In this document: piece after piece, positions 1 to 8,253 of the stretch
Layout: every line of letters begins with the position of its first letter
Numbering within the stretch: position 1 is the stretch's first letter
DNA from: an uncultured virus (IMG/VR IMGVR_UViG_3300024268_000027)
Taxonomy: Duplodnaviria; Heunggongvirae; Uroviricota; Caudoviricetes
Length of the DNA stretch: 64,000 nt
Virus record (IMG/VR): IMGVR_UViG_3300024268_000027
Reading direction: 5' to 3' (one strand)
Program-made: the position numbers and the translations under genes
Notes under the pieces: generated by a model
Seen by the model: the letters and a program-made list of their open reading frames with translations, nothing else
The model's database searches: none
Told to the model about the DNA's origin: nothing

Positions 1-440
1 TCATAACCTGAATCAGAATTATCGTTACCCGTGCAGATCTGTGCTCCTGCAAGATATTTCATTAACAAACTTTCATCATTCAACAAATCTTCAACAAGTT
101 CAGATAACTCGCCACCGTGGTCAATGCCACCATTTTCAAGCCATCTCCAGTTACCAGAGTCGCTCCAATTCGGTTTTACAAATGAGTATGAAATGCCATT
201 ATTGTTTAGCATTGTTTTAAGAATAGTTAACTTCTCTTGAAGCTCTTCTTCCTTATCTCCATAGAGCTCCAAAATTGCAGTATATAAGTAATCTTCTGGT
301 TCCGGATTATCAACACCCCATCCCCACTCACCAATGCCGAAATCAACATGCCTCAGATTGTATCTTAATGCGTCAGGAATGCATATTGCATGTGTACTGG
401 AACTATTTGTCTCGAAGCAGTTCTTTCTAACTTTAATCAT
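1..440 (-). CDS. FETNSSS-motif phage protein, partial (3' end runs off window); paralog of 693..1178
   Basis: Not in ORF track. Manual translation from ATG at 440 after a GGAGG RBS gives MIKVRKNCFETNSSSTHAICIP...GGIDHGG..., open to position 1. Confidence 0.8.
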   Translation of the reverse strand, partial: MIKVRKNCFETNSSSTHAICIPDALRYNLRHVDFGIGEWGWGVDNPEPEDYLYTAILELYGDKEEELQEKLTILKTMLNNNGISYSFVKPNWSDSGNWRWLENGGIDHGGELSELVEDLLNDESLLMKYLAGAQICTGNDNSDSGY

Positions 441-449
441 ATATCCTCC

Positions 450-680
450 TCAAATTGAAGTGACTGTTCCAAAAGCATCAACATAGCATTCATGAAAAAC
501 AGTTTCTTTTTTGTTATTTTCATCAAACGAATCAACCCATGCAGATAAGACGCAGTAAGATTGTCGTATAGCAGTTATAATTCGTTCTGCTTTTTCCTGA
601 CTAATCTCACCGGTATTCATGGCTATCAGATGAGGTTTTGAATTTCCTTGAATTATTGCTGATGCAAAATAAAGTTTCAT
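450..680 (-). CDS. hypothetical protein
   Basis: 76 aa ORF with RBS, packed between neighbours. Confidence 0.65.
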   Translation of the reverse strand: MKLYFASAIIQGNSKPHLIAMNTGEISQEKAERIITAIRQSYCVLSAWVDSFDENNKKETVFHECYVDAFGTVTSI

Positions 681-692
681 ATAATCACTTCC

Positions 693-1178
693 TCAACCAC
701 AAAACTCAAAGTACATTTCAATGTCCTTGCCGAATACAAAACCTGCTGCATCTACATTGTACTCAAGTAAAAATACTTTCATGCTCTCGTAACAAGATTC
801 ATGGTCAATATATCCTTCTGTTCCGTGAGCAAGTCTAACACCCCGACAGTTTGCATAACTTGCTATCTCATTTTCCAGCTCTTGAAATTCTTCCAGAGCA
901 TACAACTTTTCCGCAAGCTGTTCCCATTCCTCGTTAGTATGTGCATACCAGAATGAGTTATATCCAATCTTGTCATTTACAATGAGCTGTATCAACCAAG
1001 CCAACCGTGCCATCTGACCATCCTGAGGGAAATGGCAGAACTCATGTAATTCTACTTCAATGTATCCATCTTCGTTAACCGGCAGAGTACTTTCCTCAAC
1101 ATGTAACGGATATGGAATTGTAATACTGTGAGAGCTTGAGCTATTAGTCTCAAACACGCTTCTTCGAATCTTAAACAT
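693..1178 (-). CDS. FETNSSS-motif phage protein
   Basis: MFKIRRSVFETNSSSSHSI...GYIDH; GAGG RBS; directly downstream of a promoter. Confidence 0.8.
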   Translation of the reverse strand: MFKIRRSVFETNSSSSHSITIPYPLHVEESTLPVNEDGYIEVELHEFCHFPQDGQMARLAWLIQLIVNDKIGYNSFWYAHTNEEWEQLAEKLYALEEFQELENEIASYANCRGVRLAHGTEGYIDHESCYESMKVFLLEYNVDAAGFVFGKDIEMYFEFCG

Positions 1179-1208
1179 AGTATACCTCTATTCTTTTACT
1201 ATATAAAT

Positions 1209-1239
1209 ATTATAAAAAGCGCTAGTCGAATAATCAACT
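1209..1239 (-). promoter_or_regulatory. phage consensus promoter
   Basis: AG-TTGATT-N17-TATAAT. Confidence 0.8.
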
Positions 1240-1245
1240 AGCGCT
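1218..1245 (-). terminator. intrinsic terminator overlapping the promoter
   Basis: AGCGCTAGT...ACTAGCGCT stem followed by a U-tract on the minus strand. Confidence 0.65.
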
Positions 1246-1260
1246 GTTATTTATGTAATC

Positions 1261-1812
1261 TTAATCTTTGAACACGCCGAGGTTTCTCAACTCACCGATC
1301 ACATCCAGAACAATTTCATCATATCCATCCTTATCTCCGTCCTTGGAAGCATAAGGAATGCTCTGCTCGTGAAGTAAAGTTTTTAAGCCTTCCGCCACTT
1401 TATCGGATTCTGATTCTGTTTGATGTCTACCGTTCGGATTGTAGGGCTTAACACGAGTTAACAGATAGTTCATGTTGAGATAAGAACGGAATACATCCAT
1501 AACAGTATTGTCGAAGTTCTCTGTGAGTCGTTCTTCATTGTTATAGTAGATTGACAGAGGTAAAGGGGAGTCAGTTACAATGACATCTACTTTACCTGCA
1601 CAGCGTCCAATCTTATAGGACTGCTTACCGAACATGTAAGCTTGATTTTTGAATGGGGCAGGGTTCTCTTCCCACACCTTATCTTTTGCAAACTCAGTTA
1701 CAAGTTCTGCATCAACCCCGTTCATCTTAAGACGAGCAAAGATATATGCTGCTCCTGTACTTTTACCCGCGCCAGGAGCAGCAAAAAGATTTACAACAAT
1801 AGTATTTTTCAT
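1261..1812 (-). CDS. NadR/AAA_28-like P-loop nucleotide kinase
   Basis: Walker A AAPGAGKST, ELVTEFAK, VIVTDSPL, YNPNGRHQ. Confidence 0.75.
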   Translation of the reverse strand: MKNTIVVNLFAAPGAGKSTGAAYIFARLKMNGVDAELVTEFAKDKVWEENPAPFKNQAYMFGKQSYKIGRCAGKVDVIVTDSPLPLSIYYNNEERLTENFDNTVMDVFRSYLNMNYLLTRVKPYNPNGRHQTESESDKVAEGLKTLLHEQSIPYASKDGDKDGYDEIVLDVIGELRNLGVFKD

Positions 1813-1821
1813 ATTTACCTC

Positions 1822-2025
1822 TTAAAGTAAAACTAAACCCTCTTCAGGATAAATGATCCAGGACTCTTCAATGAAATAGTCAATGTATCGTCTATCTAAA
1901 CTTTCCTCGAGCGCAAGCATCGCTGTATATTCTGAATTAGAAAATACTCGGAATACATCAGCAATCCATCGTCCTGAATCGAGTTGTACATACGCTTGAA
2001 ATCCATACAGTTGCATTCCGAACAC
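1822..2025 (-). CDS. hypothetical protein
   Basis: 67 aa ORF filling the gap, with GAGG RBS. Confidence 0.55.
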   Translation of the reverse strand: MFGMQLYGFQAYVQLDSGRWIADVFRVFSNSEYTAMLALEESLDRRYIDYFIEESWIIYPEEGLVLL

Positions 2026-2028
2026 CTC

Positions 2029-3207
2029 TTAGAATTCAGTGAACAACTTAACCGAATCCCTCGTTCTTGAATCAGAGGTGTAAACATCACCAATAATCTT
2101 AGTACGAAGCTGAGAATAATCCAGCTGATGTTCATTTGTGTGTGTTACTGCAATACTTGTTTTGTAGTGGAATTTCAAATCTTGTGCATTGAGTACATTG
2201 TTTTCAATTCTGCATTTCAGATTGTCGATATCAAGTTGCCCGTATCTCAGATTATCTTGGAATTCATTCCACCCATTTGTTTCATCAACCATTGAACCAT
2301 TGATAAGACTCTTGTCGCACTCTGTTACAAATCTACCAGCGCCATGACGAGTCATGTAGGTTCTAGTAACATAACAGAATTCAACATCTGCTTTATCAAA
2401 CTGTATATTGATTCTACGACAAGCGTTGAAGATACCAGTGTTGCTCGGAGTTGTATTATCACCATAGAATGTGCAGTTTTCATCCAAGAGCAATCCCTGG
2501 CCATTTTCAAATACTACGGAATCGTAGTTCTTCAAAATAGGATGAGTTACTCTAGTAACTGCAGCCACAAACAACTTAACATCATTGATATAGTTGTCGA
2601 TCAAGATAGAAGATTCCAAAATCTCTTTCCATTCAGAAGGAACATCAGTGACACCGTGCTCCTTCAGTCTTGCGGGAAGATATACATCTCGAATATTTTC
2701 AAGATAGGAAACTTTAGCATCATGAGGTAACTGATTGAACTCGAAGATGGTCCAGAATACAGGTTTGGTCTGATATCTATAAACTGTTTCCCAGATACCC
2801 ATACCACAACTACCGTGCTTTTTGTTGTCACGAGCAGCTTCAACAATTTGATTTATGATCATGTCAAACGGTGTAGTCCATCTGCAAATTGACTCAACAT
2901 ACACCAGAGGATGATATCCAAGTTGCTGTAAATCCTCATACTCTCGAACGAATTCCATCGGGTTCAAGATAAACTCAGCAGGGCAATATGTGTCGGCACC
3001 AACCATAGTTCCCGCTCCGAAATGTTTGAATACATGTCGTTTACCGTCAAGAAGATTAACAGTATGACCACGCTGCGCGCCGCCATTACTCATAACAACG
3101 ATACAGCTCTTATTCTTGGAAGTAGCTTGATGACAGAAATAATCTGTCATCAAGCCCTTACCTTCATCACCGAAGTTTGCGCCTACAACAACTTTGATAT
3201 CAGTCAC
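2029..3207 (-). CDS. adenylosuccinate synthetase-like protein (divergent PurA family)
   Basis: GANFGDEGKG, GGAQRGHTV, FENGQGLLLD, YMTRHGAG motifs; lacks the canonical TTGRxRR aspartate-binding loop. Confidence 0.85.
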   Translation of the reverse strand: MTDIKVVVGANFGDEGKGLMTDYFCHQATSKNKSCIVVMSNGGAQRGHTVNLLDGKRHVFKHFGAGTMVGADTYCPAEFILNPMEFVREYEDLQQLGYHPLVYVESICRWTTPFDMIINQIVEAARDNKKHGSCGMGIWETVYRYQTKPVFWTIFEFNQLPHDAKVSYLENIRDVYLPARLKEHGVTDVPSEWKEILESSILIDNYINDVKLFVAAVTRVTHPILKNYDSVVFENGQGLLLDENCTFYGDNTTPSNTGIFNACRRINIQFDKADVEFCYVTRTYMTRHGAGRFVTECDKSLINGSMVDETNGWNEFQDNLRYGQLDIDNLKCRIENNVLNAQDLKFHYKTSIAVTHTNEHQLDYSQLRTKIIGDVYTSDSRTRDSVKLFTEF

Positions 3208-3214
3208 TCAAAAC

Positions 3215-4090
3215 TCACCACACAATCTCGCCGTTTTCGTTCTGCTGAATGCCTGAAGTTTCTTCAACAGGGGTTACATCACCGATGGAATGAAGGATCA
3301 TCTCAACAATAGTGTCCTTAACAGCATTCAGAGAAACACTCTTGTAATGATTTTCATCCATGTACTTCTTCCAAGAGGGGTCAATGCCTGAATCACGATA
3401 ATGGCGATGATCAACATCAATGTGATAGACATCAAACTTTTCACACACTGCAGGATACAGCGTCTTTGTTTCAACAGAAGCCTGAACACTGTCGCCTGTT
3501 GCGTCCTCTAATGCTTTGTGAGGCAAGTGAGGATTCAACTGCTCATCACCCAGTGTGATAATGATGCCCTTCTTACCACGATTCCAACAATCAAGCTTCG
3601 TATGATACAGGCCCATGTACCAGGCAGCAGTATAAGACTCATAAGCATTACCGCCGCCACCATACTCAAAATAGACTTTATCCATGTGCTCAGCGATACG
3701 AATATCAGACTCAAACTGAGACATCTGAATGGGAGAATCATCACACATCAAATCGCCGATGCCCATGATACAGAACTCAATGTCCTTAACACGATCATAA
3801 AGATCAGTCATGATGACATTCAGCTCTTTTGCAACTTCAACCGCCGTCTGGCCCATACTACCAGTTACATCCAGAGCCAGGATAACAGGAATAGTCTCAG
3901 GATGCTCTTCAGAGTCCACACATTCACGAACAATGTTGTAAGGATCCAACTCCTTATGCAGCCGCTTCTGCTTATACATCTCCTGACTGGTATAAGTACC
4001 AGTAATGGATCCAGTCAAGGAGTCAACAGTCATGCCCTTCGTAGTGCTGTAACTTGCAAAGGAACTTCTAGTCCAAGTACCGCCACCCAT
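3215..4090 (-). CDS. vWA-domain protein
   Basis: MIDAS-like ILALDVTGSMG, GGGGN..ESY, IITLGDE. Confidence 0.8.
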   Translation of the reverse strand: MGGGTWTRSSFASYSTTKGMTVDSLTGSITGTYTSQEMYKQKRLHKELDPYNIVRECVDSEEHPETIPVILALDVTGSMGQTAVEVAKELNVIMTDLYDRVKDIEFCIMGIGDLMCDDSPIQMSQFESDIRIAEHMDKVYFEYGGGGNAYESYTAAWYMGLYHTKLDCWNRGKKGIIITLGDEQLNPHLPHKALEDATGDSVQASVETKTLYPAVCEKFDVYHIDVDHRHYRDSGIDPSWKKYMDENHYKSVSLNAVKDTIVEMILHSIGDVTPVEETSGIQQNENGEIVW

Positions 4091-4731
4091 TACTCTTCGT
4101 CCTCCTCATCCTCGTCGGGAGCCATATCAGGCTCAGTGGTGTTATCTTCATCAGCAGTGAAATCGAACATGCCATCCAGCATACCATCGAACAAGCTGCC
4201 ACCGCCACCGTTCATCATCAGCATCATGGGCAGCATATTATTGCCGTTCATATTGAGGCCACCGTTGGAGCTGCCGCCCATCATCTGACTCATCATCATG
4301 AACTGCATCATCTGCTTCATACCACTCTTGCCCTTGCTTGCATTGGTACCCATCAGGCTTACAACCTTACCATAGAAGTAAGTATTGCCCATGAATACAT
4401 GACGCTCAGGAACCAGGGTGTCGATAGTCATATCCTCGTAGTTCATAACCTTCAGGGTCTTCTTGTCCACCTCGATGACACAACGAGGAGTGCCCTTTAC
4501 CAGGATAATGTCACCAACATCAACACGATTGGTCGGGATGATGAAGAAGAAATCATCACCAATATTGAACACGAAGTTGGAGCAGTTGGTCAGCTTACCG
4601 GTCTTGACATTGTAGCTCTTGTAGCCACCAGAGGTCTTAACGGCAATACGACCGTTCATTGTCAGACGGCACATACCTGCGCCCAGCTTACCAAACATAC
4701 CATTGAAGCAATTTGTAAAATCCATTTTCAT
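4090..4731 (-). CDS. phage protein with Met/Gly-rich low-complexity C-terminus
   Basis: 213 aa; MMQFMMMSQMMGG, MLPMMLMMNGGG; acidic tail; stop overlaps the vWA start. Confidence 0.8.
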   Translation of the reverse strand: MKMDFTNCFNGMFGKLGAGMCRLTMNGRIAVKTSGGYKSYNVKTGKLTNCSNFVFNIGDDFFFIIPTNRVDVGDIILVKGTPRCVIEVDKKTLKVMNYEDMTIDTLVPERHVFMGNTYFYGKVVSLMGTNASKGKSGMKQMMQFMMMSQMMGGSSNGGLNMNGNNMLPMMLMMNGGGGSLFDGMLDGMFDFTADEDNTTEPDMAPDEDEEDEE

Positions 4732-4740
4732 TTCTCCTTG

Positions 4741-5577
4741 TTAGTTTTTGTATTCTTTCGTGTACACATGTTTTTCAACATAGTAACGATTTTGACTAAA
4801 GATTGGGCAACTCCAATCGAGCTGCCACTTTCTGTCCTCATTACGAGCACAGCACACACCACGCTTGAACTCAACTTCCATATCATTGAAATTGATATTG
4901 TACTCAGCCATGAGCATGTCCTGAATGTCACTTTGTGACTTACCTTCAAGCTGTTTATGACTGAAATAGGTCTGACCCAGCATCTGAACAGCATTTCTTG
5001 TAGCATCGTTCTGACGCCAGATGAAACAGTTAACTACCTCATCCTCAGGAATGTTGAAGACTCGAGCATCGAACAACGCTCCTCTTTCACAGGCTTTGGT
5101 ATAAGCCTTGAAAAGATCATCGACTTCCTCGTGAGAGATGCCGAATTCACTCTGTTCGTCAACAACGAATAAGCCGCTGTTTTCAGCCCACTCATTGCAC
5201 TCATTTACAAATGCTCGATTGAATGCAAGAGTTGCCATACTTGCAGCAATTGAACACATCTTCTCAACACTGTAGTCAAACCAACCATCAGTAGTCAGCT
5301 TGTCATAATCAGTTAACAGCAGACTGATTTCATCAGACTGTGTATAACCGAACTTACAACCCTGAATATTCTGACACAGATATAACAAAGTCTCATTCAT
5401 TGCTCTGTGAAATACACGGTCATAAGGTCTTGAGAATCCTCGAGTAAATGAATGGAACGCTTTACCATCTATTCTGATGATAACAGGAGTTCTACGAGTT
5501 AAGTATGTTTTTGCTCTATCCTCGTAGTTGTGTTTCATTCTATCACCCAAAGGGTCTTTGAATGCCATTTTCTTCAC
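4741..5577 (-). CDS. tRNA(His) guanylyltransferase Thg1-like (3'-5' polymerase)
   Basis: RIDGKAFHSFT, PYD, YTQSDEISLLL, FDARVF, WRQND motifs. Confidence 0.92.
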   Translation of the reverse strand: MKKMAFKDPLGDRMKHNYEDRAKTYLTRRTPVIIRIDGKAFHSFTRGFSRPYDRVFHRAMNETLLYLCQNIQGCKFGYTQSDEISLLLTDYDKLTTDGWFDYSVEKMCSIAASMATLAFNRAFVNECNEWAENSGLFVVDEQSEFGISHEEVDDLFKAYTKACERGALFDARVFNIPEDEVVNCFIWRQNDATRNAVQMLGQTYFSHKQLEGKSQSDIQDMLMAEYNINFNDMEVEFKRGVCCARNEDRKWQLDWSCPIFSQNRYYVEKHVYTKEYKN

Positions 5578-5616
5578 CTCTTCTCTTATTCATATTCTTA
5601 GTATGTAAAAAATTCT

Positions 5617-5910
5617 TTATGCGCGCTTTCTTGCAGCAGCTGCAGTAGACCAGAAGCAGCCACAGTTATCGCCCGCAAGGATAACATTATAAACTATCTG
5701 CCAAGCAGTACTTAGATCTTGTACCCTACTAAGCTTGATCAGTATCTTGTTTCCATACTCAACAGCAGACTTCTTCAAAGAAGTGTCAGTCTTAACAATA
5801 CTCATGACCACATCTCGTACTTCTTGTGCAGTAGTACAGGCATCAATTTCTGATTGACGAGAAACAAGTGCTGCGGAAAATGCTCCAGTACGCTCGGATA
5901 AGTTTGTCAT
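5617..5910 (-). CDS. hypothetical protein
   Basis: 97 aa ORF with RBS downstream of tandem promoters. Confidence 0.7.
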   Translation of the reverse strand: MTNLSERTGAFSAALVSRQSEIDACTTAQEVRDVVMSIVKTDTSLKKSAVEYGNKILIKLSRVQDLSTAWQIVYNVILAGDNCGCFWSTAAAARKRA

Positions 5911-5946
5911 ATGTACACCTTCGCTCTATTTATTTTCTACACTTAT

Positions 5947-5977
5947 ATTATAATATGAACGATGATATTTATCAACT
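5947..5977 (-). promoter_or_regulatory. phage consensus promoter
   Basis: AG-TTGATA-N17-TATAAT. Confidence 0.8.
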
Positions 5978-6028
5978 GTAAATAAACAGTTTGTTAATCT
6001 TGTTATGTATACTTGATTTATTTACATT

Positions 6029-6059
6029 ATTATATAAGTTTATTGTTGTACTATCAACT
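6029..6059 (-). promoter_or_regulatory. phage consensus promoter
   Basis: AG-TTGATA-N17-TATAAT. Confidence 0.8.
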
Positions 6060-6065
6060 AAAAAG

Positions 6066-6094
6066 AAAGTGCTGCAAGATTTCTTGCAGCACTT
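6066..6094 (-). terminator. intrinsic terminator after thyX
   Basis: AAAGTGCTGCAAGA / TCTTGCAGCACTTT inverted repeat flanked by T/A runs. Confidence 0.8.
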
Positions 6095-6098
6095 TTTA

Positions 6099-6767
6099 TC
6101 ACTGAATGTTAACAACATCTGATAAGAGAGGATGTCTTCCACAGGAGCGTTTCTTTGTCTCATTGCAGAAGCAATATGGAGCGTTCTTTTCACATTTAGG
6201 AACAAGTAGATGCTCAAGTTCAGGAGCAACCTCCAGCACCGCTTTTACCATAAGATTTGCCATCTTACGAATCTCCCACTGTGCACAACTGCAAAGTCTT
6301 TCGTTACAGAAGTTCATGAATGTGCGAAGATTCATCTTGACACAGATTTCAGAGCAACAAGCATTGGGAAGAGTGAATCGTGCATCTTCAGGAGCGACTC
6401 CCATCTGACGAAGCATAACATAAACATCTTCGATCCGCTTCATCAGATCCTCAAATAGAGCTTTTGCTTCAGGATTCTTTTCAACACTTGGAGGAGTTAC
6501 AAACTCAAATCCACCTTCATCACAGTAGCGCTGACTTCTCTGTGCAAAACTAGACAATCTATGTCTTACTAACTGATGAGTAAGTGCTCTACTTACGCCA
6601 GAAATCTTGAATGTGAAATCTGCAAATTCGAGAACACTGTGATGTCCGCTCTTGTAGCAATGATTCATGATCTTGCCTTGAGTCGGCTCACTGTCATAAC
6701 ATGTACTTGCTGCCTTCTCAATAGCAGCCACAGGGTTGGTAGTGTAGCTAAGTAGTTCGACTTTCAT
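6099..6767 (-). CDS. thyX: FAD-dependent thymidylate synthase
   Basis: GHHSVLEF, SRALTHQLVRHR, SQRY, PEDAR motifs. Confidence 0.96.
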   Translation of the reverse strand: MKVELLSYTTNPVAAIEKAASTCYDSEPTQGKIMNHCYKSGHHSVLEFADFTFKISGVSRALTHQLVRHRLSSFAQRSQRYCDEGGFEFVTPPSVEKNPEAKALFEDLMKRIEDVYVMLRQMGVAPEDARFTLPNACCSEICVKMNLRTFMNFCNERLCSCAQWEIRKMANLMVKAVLEVAPELEHLLVPKCEKNAPYCFCNETKKRSCGRHPLLSDVVNIQ

Positions 6768-6809
6768 TAGTGATCAATGTCCATTAGGAATTTAATCCCA
6801 CCTTTCTGT

Positions 6810-7202
6810 TTAGAATAATGATAACTGATCCCAATCTTGTTTACTGGGAGTTTCAATGTTTTCGGTGTCATAATCCTCTTGAGTTAATACAACATAGATT
6901 GTGACATTATCGTTGTTTTCAAACTTATGTACAACTTGAGATGCATCAGGAATCCGCATAAACTCATCAATCAAGATGACTCTTGTGTCTAACGCAATAT
7001 CATCAGGATTTGTTACCACATCGAATGAGCAGACTCCTGTATACATATATTCATATTTTTCTGCAAAACTGTTTGCATGTCGTACTCGTTCAGGAGAGGT
7101 GTAGTAAACAATTTCTTTTCCGGCTTCTCGTTTAGCTTGCTGACACAACCAAGCTGTTTTTCCACTACATTGTGGACCTAACTTGTAAATAATCTTTGCC
7201 AT
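6810..7202 (-). CDS. short thymidine-kinase-like P-loop protein ending in QLSLF
   Basis: GPQCSGKT Walker A, VILIDEF Walker B; no C-terminal Zn/lasso domain. Confidence 0.55.
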   Translation of the reverse strand: MAKIIYKLGPQCSGKTAWLCQQAKREAGKEIVYYTSPERVRHANSFAEKYEYMYTGVCSFDVVTNPDDIALDTRVILIDEFMRIPDASQVVHKFENNDNVTIYVVLTQEDYDTENIETPSKQDWDQLSLF

Positions 7203-7247
7203 AAGTTCTCCGTATGTTTTATAACTGTTGCTTAAAATATACTAACA

Positions 7248-7276
7248 TGAGGGCTTGATGTTGTTTCAAGCCCTCA
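7248..7276 (-). terminator. hairpin, probable terminator
   Basis: TGAGGGCTTGA / TCAAGCCCTCA inverted repeat. Confidence 0.6.
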
Positions 7277-7284
7277 CTGAAAGT

Positions 7285-7737
7285 TTATTCTGTAATATCG
7301 AGAACAACGCCGTAGCTTAAGACTCCAAATTGAGTTGTCTTATCGCATGTGCTTGAGTTGTACTGAAATCTGTTTCCTTGTACATCCTCTACATACATGC
7401 CTTCGGGAATGATTGGAATCAACCATTGAGGAATTAACCAGAGCTCCTGAATAACTCCTTGAGCCGAAATCATATCCCTCTGACTATTCATGAATCCTAA
7501 CCACAAACAATTGTCTCTAGTTAAACTATCCCAGTCGACTGTTTTACGAACGGAGTCATAGAATGTATCAATCTTTGTTTTCAATGCACTTGGAAGTTTG
7601 TTGTCCATGTATGGAATTACAAGCTCATTTGTAAGCCATCGAAAACATCGTGTAACATATTCAAGATCAGTCCGTTCCAAAGAAACATCACCTCTTTTGT
7701 TTGTTGAATTGTTAAAGTTATAGATGATTGAATTCAT
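7285..7737 (-). CDS. hypothetical protein
   Basis: 150 aa ORF. Confidence 0.7.
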   Translation of the reverse strand: MNSIIYNFNNSTNKRGDVSLERTDLEYVTRCFRWLTNELVIPYMDNKLPSALKTKIDTFYDSVRKTVDWDSLTRDNCLWLGFMNSQRDMISAQGVIQELWLIPQWLIPIIPEGMYVEDVQGNRFQYNSSTCDKTTQFGVLSYGVVLDITE

Positions 7738-7915
7738 TTGCTAGAACCAGAAGAGAGTTGTGGACATATTCAATGTCACCGTTGATGAATTGAATAACTC
7801 GGCATTCCTTGCCGTTAAGTTCACTTTCCCAGATCTTCTGAACTAGGTCAACACGAATCAACATTGACTTATCCGTGACGGCATCATGTACCGTACTAAA
7901 AATTGGCTTCATCAA
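7718..7915 (-). CDS. hypothetical protein
   Basis: 65 aa ORF overlapping both neighbours. Confidence 0.6.
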   Translation of the reverse strand: MMKPIFSTVHDAVTDKSMLIRVDLVQKIWESELNGKECRVIQFINGDIEYVHNSLLVLANEFNHL

Positions 7916-8175
7916 TATAACTTTGCCTGAGCCTTTTTCATCTTACGACGAATTGCTCTAACAGCAGCCTGATGCTTCAGACGCTTCTTCAAACTCGGAG
8001 CTACGTAGTACTCACGCTTTCGCAGTTCCTGAAGAATACCTTCATTCTGAACAGACTTCTTGAGCCTCTTCAACATAGACTCAACAGTCTCATTCGGTCT
8101 CTTCTTGATACTTGCGCTGAATGTGTCCAAAACATCAGCGGGTTTCTTTGTTACAGCATAGGACATATGTATCAC
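7912..8175 (-). CDS. rpsU: ribosomal protein bS21 homolog
   Basis: NETVESMLKRLKKSVQNEGILQELRKREYYVAPSLKKRLK matches the bS21 pattern (E.ALRRFK+...G+L.E.RKRE.Y.KPS). Confidence 0.88.
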   Translation of the reverse strand: MIHMSYAVTKKPADVLDTFSASIKKRPNETVESMLKRLKKSVQNEGILQELRKREYYVAPSLKKRLKHQAAVRAIRRKMKKAQAKLY

Positions 8176-8222
8176 TTCCTCTTTAGTATATTTACACCAT
8201 CGCTGTTAATGATGTGGTTTAT

Positions 8223-8253
8223 ATTATATAAGCTACTATCAAGTTATTCAACT
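8223..8253 (-). promoter_or_regulatory. phage consensus promoter (upstream of bS21)
   Basis: AG-TTGAAT-N17-TATAAT overlapping the upstream stop codon. Confidence 0.8.

Noticed and set aside
2029..3207. PurZ / 2-aminoadenine (Z-genome) pathway
   Set aside because: The P-loop is GDEGKG with the PurA-type Asp, whereas PurZ and PurZ0 have Ser there; no clear datZ/mazZ adjacent
3518..4938. Long plus-strand ORFs (3518..4288, 4399..4938 and similar ones throughout)
   Set aside because: Antisense shadows of well-supported minus-strand genes, without RBS or recognisable motifs
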